Origin: the human T2T-CHM13v2.0 reference genome, Homo sapiens | Assembly: GCF_009914755.1 (NCBI RefSeq) | Contig: NC_060947.1 | Length of the DNA: 64,000 bases | Direction: 5' to 3' (one strand) | In this document: positions 29,952-44,552 of the stretch, in pieces | How positions within the stretch are numbered: position 1 is the stretch's first letter | Layout of the letters: each line of letters starts with the position of its first letter | Made by a program: the position numbers and the translations under genes | Notes under the pieces: model-generated | The model's input: only the letters and a program-made list of their open reading frames with translations | Told to the model about the DNA's origin: nothing | Databases searched by the model: none

Positions 29952-31775
29952 GGTATGGTGAGTGAGCTTTTTGTAGTTGAGGCAAACACCCTGTGTACTT
30001 TAATGTTTGCACAATCACAGTCAGAGAGGGTGCAAATTCTCTGTGATGAGCATCAACAGGCCTGATATTAGGAAATGATCATTGATCTGGTGAGAACTAG
30101 TATGAAGTTCAATACACAGAAAATGAAGAATAGCTACAAGACAATGAAGAGATAAATGATAATGCAAGAGGAGGGTACAGGGCTTACCTCTGAAGACATG
30201 ACTTGAAACTCCAATGTAAAATATCCAGGGAGGCAGGCTGACCTTGAGCTTGGTTCAGAAGGGAATTGAGAGGGGAGAGATGTAATCTGGAAGGTAGGGT
30301 AGGGAAGCAGCACCCAGATCTCCAAGGGTCATGCCCAGCACGCAAGATAATGGGTCTAGTCTAGGAAACAACAATAACTTTAGTCCCCATCTACTAATAT
30401 GGTTGAAACTTCCAATATATTTTCTGCCCTGGTCAGGACTAGCTTAATCACTTGGCAGGGCTGAGCCTGTAGACACCTTACATTAGTGACTCCAGCTGAA
30501 CAGGCCTGACATCAGGTGTCTTTGTTTTATTTGTACCATAATAGAAAAGGAGAGATAAAACTCACAAGCTACAGGGTTAAGCTTAGCAGGTGTGTACAGA
30601 AACATCTGAACACACACAGCAGGATTCTCACTTAAAGATCCAGACCCAGATATACAGACTCATATTCAGATCCACATTTGAGAGTCAATATTCAATCATT
30701 TTTCAAGTGACTGCTTATTCCTACCTTACCTTAATTTATGCAGAAAGCTAATACTTATGCATTGTATATATTCACGGCTTAAAATAAAGGGCCGTTGAAT
30801 AAATCTAAAGATGAGTTTTGAACAGGTCTTTTGCCTGTGTTCTCTTTTTCTTCCCGCAACTGACTAATGCTAGATTCCAAAGGTCACTTGTCTTTAGCAA
30901 TTACTCTGAAGCACTACATCCTACCTGCAGCCTTTTAAACATTCTAGCCTAAAGAGGATTCATTCTATTTTCTTGGAAATAAATGTGAACTGTCAATCGA
31001 ATGCCACTAATAAACGTTTCTAATTGATGTTTGAAGAGGGGGATTTTTTTCCCTTAGGCAGGCTGCCTTTTATCTTAGTCAGTGGCCTTGTTGTTTATAA
31101 AAAAATTATTTGTGCATTCATAAAGCATAGGATGAGAGTTAAAGGACAATACTTCCCTTTTCTGTTTGTCAAATTGGATAAAGGCACCATTAGTACTGAA
31201 GGGTTTTTCTTTTCTCATGATTTAAGGCCAGTATGTTTTAACAGCCAAATCAAACACAGATTCAGATATCAGTTTCACTTTCATGAAATGAAAATATCTA
31301 CCCCCATCAAATGCCTGAGGCCAAATCATGTGTTGCCAAGTTTGAATTTTGCTCCCTCCATTCCCTACTTCAGTGCCCCATCATTTTTTTTTTAATTGTA
31401 ATATGGGGATTACAGTAGCTACCTCATAGAGGTCCTGTGAAAATTAGGGTAAATAAGATAACCATTGTGGTTGTTGGAGGGAGAAATAATATCTGATTTC
31501 AAAGCTAACTGAGAAATAAGATACAGGCTTAAGGCAAATGAAGATGAAAATAGCCTTATTACTGATAACACTGAACTCAATGGTATAACTTTGATATGCA
31601 GCCAAATGGTTTTAGTTATTTTCTCCTCTTCTCCTCTAGTCTTTAAGATGATTCCTCTGAAGGAATTTGGGTCTACAGAGCAGACGAACTTACCCATAAT
31701 GTCCTCTTAGCTCTATCTAATTGCAAACCATGGACCAATGGGCCGGTTCAGATAATTCACTTCTCCTCCCATGGG

Positions 31776-31968
31776 TAGGATTGCCAGATTTAAGATATAA
31801 AAATACAGAATACACAGTTAAATTTGAATTTCAGATAAACAATAAATAATTTTTAGTGTAAGTATGCCCCAGGTAGTGTGTAGGGTATACTTTTACTATC
31901 AACATTATCTATTATTTATCTGAAATTCAAGTTTAATGGAGCATCCAGTATTTTATCTGACAACCCTA
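31776..31968. mobile_element. MER53 palindromic hAT MITE
   Basis: 193 bp. TIRs taggattgccagat / atctgacaacccta and internal arms tttgaatttcagataaa / tttatctgaaattcaa. 8-bp TSD CCCATGGG/CGCATGGG. Confidence 0.9.
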
Positions 31969-32284
31969 CGCATGGGATGAAAGTGAGTAAGGTTGGGAAG
32001 AGAATTTCAGAGTGTTACCATGGCAGAAGGAATGTTACTCATGAGACCATGGGAATGGAAGGTCCTCCTAACAACCACACAGTGTGGGAGCACAGTGTCC
32101 AGCACAAACGGCGTGCTAAACACTTATTTATTGCTTTCCTTCATGCCTATAAGAACCCTTGTAGTAAACGAACTCATTTATTCCGAGGCATTCGATTCTT
32201 ACTATGATGCTCTTCTAAAAGTATTTTTACTTTAAATGAGGTCCAGGAGGAGATCAATGCTTAACTCACAGAAATTCTTCTCTA

Positions 32285-32455
32285 ATGATTGATTTTCAGC
32301 CTTGACCGAGCATCATAATGCCCTGGGGAGCTTGTTAGAAATACAAACACCCAGAATTCCCCTCCCCAAGTTTGATTCCGGGGTAGGATCTAGGCATTTG
32401 TATTTCTAACAAGCTTCCCCAGGGATTCTGACACTCAGCGAAGTTTAAAGCACAT
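32285..32455. mobile_element. MER5A-like element
   Basis: gcatcataatgccctggggagcttgttagaaatacaaa...ggcatttgtatttctaacaagcttccccagggattctga. Confidence 0.75.
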
Positions 32456-34984
32456 CATTCTGACACATAAGTGCAGTGTCTGCAATGTCAAGGAGCAGGG
32501 GATTGGTGTATTCAGGGAAAGGTGTATGCTTCTACCCAACAAGTTAGCTGAGAAACTATTATGCCAGTGCAGAGACCATTGGTTTAGACCCAACGTTCAA
32601 GATCATGGACAAAGAGAAGCATGCCTTCCTTCCAATCCTAGTAGCAATAGGCCAAAGCTCCAACAATAAATTTATGAGCATTGAAGCACCTGAGTAAAGC
32701 TCATTTTAATTAGAGGTTCCTTCCTGTGCTCTTCAGCTGCCTTAGACATTATGTGTGACTGGCTCTGAGAGCAGACATGGTCAACTATACCATCTCTTCT
32801 CACTGCAGATTACAGTCCCATGTGAAAGGGCTACAAGAGAGGCAAGTACAGGGAGTAGAGGGTCAGGAAGGAGTAGGGAGGGAGTGTCAAGGAAAGCTTT
32901 AAGGGACAGTGAGTATTGTCCTTCAGTCCTTTAAAGGTGGGTAGAAATTCAGCAAGGGGAAAGAGCAAAAAGAAAGATACATAGAGGATAGCAGACAAGA
33001 GACTACTAGAGCCAGAGAAAAACTGAGACAAACAGTTATATATTCTAAAGCTAAGAGAAACCTTCATAATGAGGCAAAAATAGGCAGACATAAGGCGGAG
33101 AAAGAAGAGAAAGAAAAAAGAGGAGAAGATAAACACACACACATTACACATACAAACACTGTTGCATTCACAAAGAAAGATCCTCGGGAGATGGAGAAAA
33201 CAGAAAAGGGACAGAGAGAGATACAAATCCAGATTATAAAAATAATTGCGATCACCCTTGCTGTAGGATTTTCACTGTTGTTTAAACATGATGAAACAAA
33301 ACATCCGATATACATATACTTTCTCAGAAGACTATCTCATGCTGAATGTATAGGAAATGAACACCACATTTGCTCATTCTTGATGACATTTGCTGCTTAC
33401 AAATGGCTGTTTTCAGGGGAAATATTGATTATAGTTCTAAAAGTAGGTGGATACATCATTAATATATTTAATAATTAAGAGTAGAATCATAATACAGTAT
33501 TGAGAAGTAAGGCAGCCTTTTTCCTGAACTTGATCTAAAAGTAGACTTTCTAATAGCTGCCATTGCAATTCTCCAGTACTGCAGTGTGTCTCCCCCCGCC
33601 CCCCCAATTTTTATTATTCGGATTCATTTTGTTGTTGCTATGAAACTTTTGGAAAGGCCCTTTGCAGCTGATGAGCCCAACCGTTAAGTGTAGGTGATTT
33701 GGCTTCTCTGGGCGATGTTGTTGAGCACACCAGCTTCCTGGAAGAAACACAGTAGAGGGAGATCAATTTTGCTTCACGGTGCTTAATATCACCTCAAGGT
33801 CTTTTCCCTTCTGTTTCTTTTTCCTTTTTTTTTCTTTCTTTTTGGAGTCATACGTTCAAATAACCACATGTTTGAACATTCAAAGGAACATGGCTCAGCA
33901 TGTCTTTGTAAAGGTACAGAAGGCAATATGGCATTACACACGCTCAATATGCTGTTTTGAATTCTCTAGAACTTTGTTGCTCCAAAATCAAATATCTTCA
34001 GATAAAGGGAGAGTATGTTGCTCAGTCAGAAACATGTAGGTGCCAGGTTTGATTTCTCTTCTGTATCTTTAGCATTTTCAGCATCTACTTTGTAACCTGA
34101 AGGGTTTTTTTTCTCTCCCTCTCTCTCTTTTCCATTTGTAGTTTAGAAAATAAGCACCAGATGAGGAATCACTGTATCTGGGGAAGGGTACCAGGTGATT
34201 TCTCTTTGAAAAGCTTGTATTAGCCATGGACATGAACCTAGGATGCGACTGGACTGGGTGATCTCTGGTATGTACATGAGAGCTCAATGGACAAAAGAGG
34301 ATAGGCAAGCAAGGAGGGACTGCCCATCTTCTTCACTCCTTTGACTTGGGGGAAGTGGTCACTGTATCTGTGGATGCGAAAATGGAATTAAGAATGCCCT
34401 AACAAGAATCATAACTACAAGAATCTCCCACTGTTTCCCTGTCACAAAAACACATTATTCATTTCAGAGGAATGCAAGCAGTTCCAAAAATTAACAGCCC
34501 TTTTCCAAATGCTCCCAGTGGCTTACAGTTTCTGCTGCAATTGCATTAGCATTTGCAATTCTTGTTTTTGATGACGACTGAGCTCATGATTGGTTTCTCT
34601 GCCACTGCTACAGCTGGTGTCTTTGCCCTGGCACAGGGGCACTCACTGGTGCCCTTATTCCCTTGCTTATGATCTACTTCTCCTACTTATATTCTTGTTC
34701 TGCTGCTCTTGATTCTGGATGAGAGTTTTTCTACCATGTGGTCAGAGCATTTTTCAATGTCCTTAGGTAGCCCAAAATATCAATTATGACAATTCTTTTT
34801 ATCCCCAATCCAAAGTACACTTATTCCTTCAGGTTGATGATTCTCTAAATATTAGATCAGCTTCCTCTAGAGAGGGCCGTGAAGTACTTGAGTAACTTTT
34901 GGCATTTCTCATTGACTGTTAACCATTCTGCCACGATAAGGAATATACCAGTACTTCTCTACCTTCCTTCCCATAACACATCCT

Positions 34985-36510
34985 TTATTAACAAATCAAT
35001 CACTCACCAAATGTTTACTGAGCACTGTGCTAAGTACTGGAGATAAAGTAGTGAATGAGACATAGAAGGCTCCTACCCTCACAGAGATTACAGTTTAGCA
35101 GAACAAGAAGCAAGTAATTACATAAAAGTGTAATAAGTCTTATGCAAATGAAAGCAGATTTGCAGTTGAATCCAACAGTCTTTCTGAGGAAGTAACACTA
35201 AATACGAAATATGAACGCATTTGCCAGGAGGAAAAGAAGTGGGGTAGGAGTGGAGATTGTTCCCGGAAGCATATATAGAAGTCTAAGGGAAAGAGAGAAC
35301 CTAGCAATTTTGCAAAGCTAAAACAACAAAACAAAACAAAACAAAAACTTAAACATAGCTGGAATACAGAGTACAAAGGGGAGTGTGGTGCAAGAGAGAT
35401 AGGATAGGTTAAAAAAAAGTCTAGACGATGGAGAACTTTGTAATCGAGTCTAGAAACTTTAGACTTTATCATGGGTAGCAGGAAGCCACGTGCAGGATAT
35501 AAACAAGGGAGTGACTTGATCAGGATTGCACTTGGGAAAGCCCAGTCTGACTGTAGTGTAGCAGAACCAACTGGAAAAGGATAAGGAGGGGAGAAAGAAA
35601 ACCAATTAAGAGTTTGTTCTTGTAGTAGGCCAGGCTACAAGTCGTGGTGGCCCAAGCTAGGGTAGTAGCATGGAGATAGAGCAAACTGGGCAGATTTAAG
35701 AGGTAGAATTTACTCAATTTAGAGGTGGGAGGATAGGGAAAAGAAATAATCAAGAGGGTACCTGGTTTCTGGCTTGTGTAACTTACTGGCAGGGGCGGTG
35801 GTGATGTCACCTATTAGGATAGGAAATACAAAACAAGTAGCAGGTTTGAGGATGAAGATGATTTCAGTATTGGAGTTTGGAGTCTGAGATATCATTAAGA
35901 CATCCAAGTGGAGATGCCAATTAGTCAGATACAGAGGATCGAAGCACAAGAGAGATCAGAGATGAAGCTAGACTTTTTGTGGGCATGTGAGTCTATGAGC
36001 TAGTTCAAAAGGAGCATGCAGAGTTAAAAAGCATAAGACCTAGGATATGGCTTTTAGTATCACCTGCCTTTAAGGACTGGACAGAAGCAGAGAGGCTTGC
36101 AAGAAGTCTGGGAAGGAGTGGTCAGGTAAGTAGAAGTAAAGCTATTAATAGTAGAGGGCAGCGTAACAGAAACCAACAGAACAGAGAATTTCAAGGAGGA
36201 ACATCAAATGTCAAGTGCTAATGGGTGGTCAAACAAGACAGAACAAGACTCAAAAGAGTGCTTTGGCTTTTATTATACACAGGCTACTGGCTACCATGTT
36301 TAGGACAGCCTCAGCTGAGCTGTCTTAGTGGGGTAGCGGGTGGGAGACGTAGAGGTTGGAAGCAAAAACAAAATGCAGTAGTTGAGGAGCAGCAGGGAGA
36401 TAGGCAAATGGAGACAGTGAATCTAGACCAGACCCTCTTTTGGGGAATTTGGCTGAGAGATGAGGAGAAAAATAGAACGGTATCAAGGGCAATAGACTGC
36501 AGGGAAAGGT
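34985..36510 (-). mobile_element. Long L2 fragment (~1.5 kb)
   Basis: Starts aaatgtttactgagcactgtgctaagtactggagata. Purine-rich L2 reverse-complement motifs throughout (gtggagatgcc, gtttctggcttg). Confidence 0.85.
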
Positions 36511-36834
36511 TTTGTTGTTGCTACTACTGAGTGGCTGGCTCTGTAGTAGAAGTGAATATTTTGATATCTACTCATTGACGATGACATGGAATTTATCTTG
36601 ACTGCAAATTCCTTCTCTTGGGGGAATGAATCCTAGGGTAATACAGGAAGAAAAGAGACTTGAGCATGTTTTAAAACACAAGAGTCTTTGTCCTGAATTT
36701 CCCAGAAGCAAGTCAGTCCTGAAACGCTTTCCTCATCTCTCCCATGGGACCACAGGAACCTCATGCATACAGCAGTTTTGGTGATATTCCTTGCCACCTC
36801 AGAGTCCCTGTGGTGAGTAAATAAATGAGACTCC

Positions 36835-36860
36835 CCCCACCCCAACCACCACCACCACCA

Positions 36861-36899
<39 letters not shown>

Positions 36900-36911
36900 C
36901 GCACACACACC
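36835..36911. repeat. (CCA)n-(CA)n compound microsatellite
   Basis: Seen directly. Confidence 0.95.
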
Positions 36912-37490
36912 AAACAGGATGCTGCATTATTTATTAAAAAATATTCTAGCAATCTTCTTTCTCCTTCTGGGAGGATAAATCATTTAAAAGCATTATTTCT
37001 GTTGCTAGTTGTTCAAGTTTTCCATGAAGATGAAAACACACGTTTACTCCTATTTCTGTATGACCTGAGGTTTCACGCTTCCAGGAGAGGGAATTCATGG
37101 TCAACATACATTCCAGGTCATAGTTGAGGATTAGAAATAAAGTATCTATTTCCTTTCCAGAGCCCTGTGGAGGTTCACTTTCCCTGTTAAAACCCCAATT
37201 AGAAAACTATTTTTGAGTTAGGAAAATGCAAACGTGTTTCTCATCAGCATATTATCTCTCCTCTGATCTCTATGTCAATTTTAAGACATTTTTTCTTCAT
37301 CTATCTGCTAACTTGGCATAGCAATTAGCCCTCAATAAAGATTTGAAATGTGTTAAATTTCAGGCTTTCTGAGATTTAGTTTAATATAATCAATTGAAAA
37401 TAACTACCTTCTTAGTGTCAACCTTTTCTATATACTCAAATTGCTAACCCACTTTGACATAGAAACTTGAATATTAAAAAAGAAGATACA

Positions 37491-37804
<314 letters not shown>

Positions 37805-39222
37805 TCACTCCCAGCGTGAGTGTTTATCCTCTTAAGTTTACCCCCTAAGGAAGTTTTCACTGTCTTGCTCCTCCCTCTTTGTTAGGATGTGAGATAATAT
37901 GTTTCTTCTCTGGCTTTTTCAAAGGCTCCAAGCACCTCACAGAAGAGAGAGGAGGGGAGGGGAGGGAGAGAGAGATTGATGGCACTCAAGGACAGCACTG
38001 TCTTTTGTTTGGCAGTCTCAAAATGAATTTTCCATCATCCTCTCAGTGTTTTCTATTCACCACATTTACCATGCACACTCCAACTCCACTCTCCCCAAAC
38101 TCCAGGGCTGAATTAGAGCATACAACAGACAGAAGCAGTGGCTACCCAGGTCACTGCATAAGCAGGCTATTGAATTGACTCATGATTAGCTGGAAGTGCC
38201 TCGTGCCTGCCTCCTACCCTGATCTGGACATTGCGTTTCTGTGCCCAGACACACTGGGCAGGCCCTGTAGGCTTGTGCCTGGGCCCTGACCCTCTTCCTT
38301 GGAACAGCCTTGCCTCTTCAAAAGAAATTCCTTTTTGAGCTACTTTATCCATCATAAGATTAACATGACACCTCCATACGATCTATCACAGATGCTGACG
38401 CACTTGCTTCCAAGTATAAATTAGGTGTTGGGCAGTGCAGAATGCAGAGCTGTGGCTAAGAGACCCCATCTGCAGCTCACAAGGCATGGTTGATATTGGC
38501 TCCGGTAGTAAAAACCACTTTTCTGGATGGCTAGTAAATTGCCACCATAGGAGATGATAATATTTGGGAACCTTACTAACAAGCTTGAATTCTAACATAA
38601 GGCAGTTCATTGTTATGCTGCAGAATGTGAAATCTTAATGCTTTTGCTATTCAAACTCATTTTACAACATGATTTACTGCAGCTCGAAGGATGCAGCAGA
38701 AGGGAAAAAAACAGGGAGGTAGGAGGAAAGAGATAGTTGGGAGTGGAAACATGGATGAGTCCAGCTTTGTGAGCAAATTTCATTGCCACTGATAATGTAA
38801 TATTTTGCTTTGATTAATGTTCTTTCTTTTTGAGTGTATGCTGCGTCCCAATAACTGTTTCTTCAGCCCAGTCACTGATTTTTTTTTTTTTTCCTGGATT
38901 CTGCTTCCAAACCAGGCATTGTGGTGTGTGCAAACCTAGGGAGAAAAGAAGGAGGAAACAATCCCTTGAGAGGTATGCTTCTGTCCAAAGACATGCTGAA
39001 TATATTTGCCTTGCCAGATTCATTTTCTCCTGCCAGAAATTTTCAAACAGATGGTGGAGGAATTGGTGTTTGACCAAACAGTTGGGCAATCAACAATAGA
39101 AACTAATTGTCATAGAATTCTGCTAATGGTACCTATGCTGATACTTGCTGACAAAACGTAAGTTTTTTGGTACTAGTATCAGGGATTCTCTTCAGGAAAA
39201 ATAAGTTAAAAGAGCTAAGTAG

Positions 39223-39368
39223 TCAAGACCAGCCTGGCCAACATGGTGAAACCCCGTCTCTACTAAAAAAATACAAAAATTAGCCGGGTGTGGTGGCGCA
39301 TGCCTGTAATCCCAGCTACTCGGGAGGGTGAGGCAGGAGAATCGCTTGAACCCGGAGGAAAAGAAAAA
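39223..39368 (+). mobile_element. AluS fragment truncated at both ends, with A-rich tail and TSD
   Basis: Runs tcaagaccagcctggcc to cttgaacccggagg, then an A-rich tail. TSD AAAAGAGCTAA(G/T)TAG at 39208-39222 and 39369-39383. Confidence 0.9.
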
Positions 39369-41629
39369 AAAAGAGCTAATTAGGCAAATGTTTCTAGGAA
39401 ATACTGACTCACTTCAGGAGGACATTATTTTAAATACAGTCCAGTGTGGGTACAGATAGTTCACCCTGTACCAGGGGACTGGCATGACTGTTGATAGCGT
39501 CTATGTGAAATAAAAACTGGCCTTAAACAGTTATTTTGTGGTCATTACACTGAGATCATTTTTACCTCTAAAGTCCTGGGTCCCTGGGATAACTCTGAAT
39601 GACCAAACAAACAAAAAAAAACCCCAAGGTGTCAAAATAGGAATTTTTCAAGTTAAATAATGTGCTGAGAACTACTGTCTTCCTTAACATTGATTGTCAG
39701 AATTTTCGATTTAGCCTGCAGTCAAGTTTAGTGGGTGTGTCCCTCCACTTATATTCCAAGTGCCTATTTTCTTGTGAGTATGCATTTGAATTGAGCTCAG
39801 GGAGTCAAAAAAAAAAAAAAAAAAAAGAAAGAAAGAAAGGCAAAAACAAAAGCAAACAAACTTCTGGTAGGGTTGGTGGCATTTCCAGAAGCTTCCACAA
39901 TATGGTCATGAGATGAATCTCGGTTAACTCTGAAGACAAAGAAAAACTTCATTTGAGACTATTGTTTTTCAGATAAATAAAAGGCAAGGTTGCTGGGTGC
40001 TGCCCTTATAGAGTTTTTTATTTAAACCTTCACTTGGTTTATAAAATAAAGTCCATCTGTACACTGAGGTAGCAGGAAGAGGGCAAAAGGAGACCCGTGT
40101 TTCTTGAGAGGGGTAAATACATAGAAAATCACGTTTTCCCTGCTGCCTCCTTGTGAAGAAAAACAGCTTTGAATGTATCAGCCTGTGCATCTGGACTCTC
40201 CTGAAAGATTAACTAGAAAGCCGCCCTTCCCATTTCACTTTTGTGTCTCTAGATGTGACAAAGAAAACTCACTTATGCCTTATTTGTCACCTCAGACAGT
40301 TGACAGACACTTTGCCAATGTCAGATTATTTCAGTATCTCACTACTTGTGCAAACTGGATCAAGGAGGCATTTCAGAAGGCAGCAAAAGAGAGGCCTCTA
40401 ATCTTTGCCTGAGTCCATTCTACAGCTGAATGGTTCATCTACCTAACAACCTACATTGTCTGTATGTAACTTTACCCCTTACATTAAGATGTGAACGTTC
40501 ATGCAGCACTGCACTATAATTTGATTTCCATAGATAGTTAGAAATAGGTAAACCCTTTGTACCGACTGGTAAGTATTCATTATGTGCTTTATCAGAGTTA
40601 TAATACTGTGTAACACAATTTAAAACAAAACGAAGTATATGCACAATGAGAAAAGAAATATCCAAAACAAATGTTACTGTTTTTGGTGCAAACATTATAT
40701 ACAGGTTATTTTTAAAATGCAACTTTGCTTGTAAAAAAAGAAAAGAATATTAGCAAGTATTTTATTTTAATAATGGGGAATCTTAGAACAATTAATAGCG
40801 TATTGCATTCTAACAGGATTTTTATAATGAGCAGCCTTTGTACTATGTCACCTTATAGCTTCCTTTTGAATAGTGGGATCAAAGCTAGTGTGTTATTTGT
40901 CCCTGGTGAATGTAGTAGAAATAGAATCTGTGATACAAATGTTAATAACTCAACAGGCATCCCATCTGTTACAAAATCCCTTTGTTTCTTGTCCACTTCT
41001 TAGAACTCTGCCACAGACCCATCAACTTCTTGTAAGTAGCAGAGCACTTTGCTGTGATGACAGTAGTTTAACAGCAGTGAAGCAGAGGGTATCTTTTTGT
41101 GTTTATTCCACCCCTTCCAGGCCTGAACAAAAGCACCTGGCTGTGCTAGTGAACAGAGAGTGCTGCTTGCAGAGAGGGAGGAGCCCGAGGGAGTTTCAGT
41201 GGTCCGGGAGACAATGGCATCAGGGACCTCTGCTGCTGCCTACAGATTCACATGCAGTATTGGCAATCTCAGGTCGGCTGTCGGTTTCACAGTAAGTAAT
41301 GGCATGAGGGTAAAAGAGAGGAAGTGGCTGAGACTTGAGCTGGAATCGTAGGGCTTAAATAACTTAAAAACAGCCAGGATGCACAAAACACTTATGATTT
41401 TGCCTCAGGTTTGTTATCACATCCGTTCTCAAGAGACTCACTAGTGAGATTCAGATCTTTCTTTGTGGGCAGCTGGTAGAGGTCTTATGAGCCCTAATTC
41501 CCCCAGTAATCTTAGAGGGGGATGTCTGGCCAACCCAGTGGAGAACCTTCGAGTGAACTACAAAGAATACAGCAGAGGAGGGAGAGCTTTACTTGGCTGT
41601 CAGCTTTGCCACCTGTTTATTATAAATTG

Positions 41630-41870
41630 CTGACCATGTAGCCAAGAGCGTGAATTTTGTCATTAGCCAGACCTGGGTTCAAATCCTAACTTGGACACTT
41701 TCTCTTGGGCAAGCTGCTTAACCTCTCTAAGTGTCACTTTTCTGATTAATATATCAACGTAAATCACCCTGGGATTGTTAGGATTAAACTAAAAAATTGT
41801 GAAAAACAGTCAGTAGACTAACACATACTAAGTGCCCAATAAATGGGTATTTTATTATTATTATGAATGA
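41630..41870 (+). mobile_element. MIR
   Basis: agccagacctgggttcaaatcct...ttgggcaagctgcttaacctctctaag...taagtgcccaataaatg. Confidence 0.8.
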
Positions 41871-42051
41871 AAATTATGTATCCCCTGTATCAACTGGGGT
41901 AAGCAGTATTACTCTAATTCAATATCTTGCTCTAGGAAACAGGAAATTTTTTTGAGAGTAGCGTAAAGGGCAACATGCTGACCTGTCTTTACTGAGAGTT
42001 TGAAACCTCTAAGTGGAACACAAAGTGAAATAGTTTGCAGGGATTCCATAA

Positions 42052-42461
<410 letters not shown>

Positions 42462-43669
42462 TAACACAAAATTAGACAAAGAATGTCCATTTGTAAGAAG
42501 TTTCACTAAGTGCTTCTAACAAAACTAGACTGGAACCACTGGTTGAGGGTATTTGTCCCAGGATTTCCAAATATGTAGCATGAAGGACAATAGGCCACGG
42601 TAAGAAACTTGATGCGAACCTGGAAGTGGGCAGTAGTAAAGATGGCAGACAGTGGGTGGGAGGCTGGCAAGATACTGGAAAGGAGAGGGATAGAAAGCAG
42701 ATAGTTAAGTGGTGATCTGCAAGTTAAGCAAGAAGGCAGTCAGCTAGCCTATGAAAGGTGTCAGGGATTCTGGAGAGTTGGCAGAGCATGGTCAGCCAGA
42801 CCCATCAGAGGGCTACCTGTAAACTGAGGCTCAGAGATAAATTGTGCACATACTTCCGCCAGAAACTAAAGGCCCTTATAGGATGACATTTTTGGATCCT
42901 CCCATTCAGCCAGCCTAGCCTTAAAGGGCTACTCCTCCTTTATTAATGCTGGTCCTATATAGGTCCTGACACAGAGAGAAAAAACACCACTGCAGAAGAT
43001 GAATCATGAGGGAAATCAATAGATTTACTTTTTTTTTTTTTTTCGGTTTAGGAGAAAGAATTATTAAGCCCCCTTTACTTACACCTAAGACAATTGACTT
43101 TCCCCACATTCCCATTCCAATAGATAGAAATTGCCCTATGAAACTCAGACTCCTCAGGATATCCACACTGTGAATTGCCCTTGACAATTCTGCAGAGCCA
43201 AGTGCTAGGTTCAATAGTATCTATTCAATATTTAGAAGGTATTCACTGAATGGATCTTATATATTGAGGTGGTGCTTATTTCTTTGTACACTAGAGGCTA
43301 TTTGTGGGATACTTACATTTTCTGCACAGTGCATAGTCAATAACTCATGCTGATTGACTGAGGCTAAGACTATATAGGTCCATCTGATTAACCATTTACA
43401 GAATTGATCAGTGCTTATTATCTTATATACACAACCTGAGCAAGAGTCTTTTTGCTCAAGGCCTAACTTGGCTACTTAGTATCTGACTTTCACCATGTCA
43501 TAGCTCTCTAATCCTAGCTTGAACAGCTGAACTACCAGGAAAATCCATTTTATTTCACATATGAGTGTTAACATTTGAAGGTACCTGTGTTATGAGGCTC
43601 AAAGTTTCCATTACAGTGGGTTGCATCAAAATTGTTTCATGCACTAAGGGACCCCACAGCTTCCAGTTC

Positions 43670-44300
43670 TCTCCATCTTCATCACCATCACCCTAGGGTA
43701 AGCCATGATCTCTCACCTCAACTACAATAGCCACCCAACTGGTCACTTCACATGCATTTATGCCCCCTCCCCAAATCTGATATTCACATTCCAGGCAAAG
43801 TCATCTTTTCTAAATGCAGATCTGATTATGTCAACCTACTTTCCCTCCTTCCAGATGCTGTGCTAAAAGCTTTAAAAGGTTCCAATAGTATTCAAGGACA
43901 AAACTTCTTACTATGACTTTCAGTGCTCAGCAGGGTCTGTCCTCTGCCTACCTGCGTCCCAAATGCCATCATGAACTGTGATTTTCCTCACTCTCTGAGC
44001 ATCAGCCACATGTAAGGTTTTAGTTCCTGCTAACTGTGGCCATAACTTAGGGTGCAGATACAGATTCATGCTCATTCCCAGCACAGGGCATTTGCACATG
44101 CTATTCTTTGTGTCTTTCATTTTTATCAGTTACATTTTGTTGATATATGGTTATTCTTATGATAATATAGATGACATCTGTGCTCCCCACTAGAATACAA
44201 GCTTCACAAAATTAGACACTGTGTTTGTACCTCTAGGGCCTAGCACAGTGCCTGGTACATAATAGACAGTCAACAATACTTGTTAAATAAATAAATTAAG
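43670..44300 (+). mobile_element. L2 3' region
   Basis: cccactagaatacaagcttcac...gcctagcacagtgcctggtacataatagacagtcaacaatacttgttaaataaat. Confidence 0.85.
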
Positions 44301-44552
44301 ACTGTACACAATCACCACACATTTTCTTGTTAACCTTCTTCCTCCAACTTCCTGCAACTTCAATACATAACTAAGCACCAGTATTCTCAAGCAGGTTAGA
44401 CTACACCCTTGTATGGCATATCCTCTGTGGGCATCATTCCATGTTCCAGAGCTCCCTGCTCCCGAATGAGAATATACCTACTCAGTGTCCTATTTCCTTA
44501 ATACTTTAGTCTTGAAGCGTTAGAATAACTTATCAAGAGTAACACTTAACTT

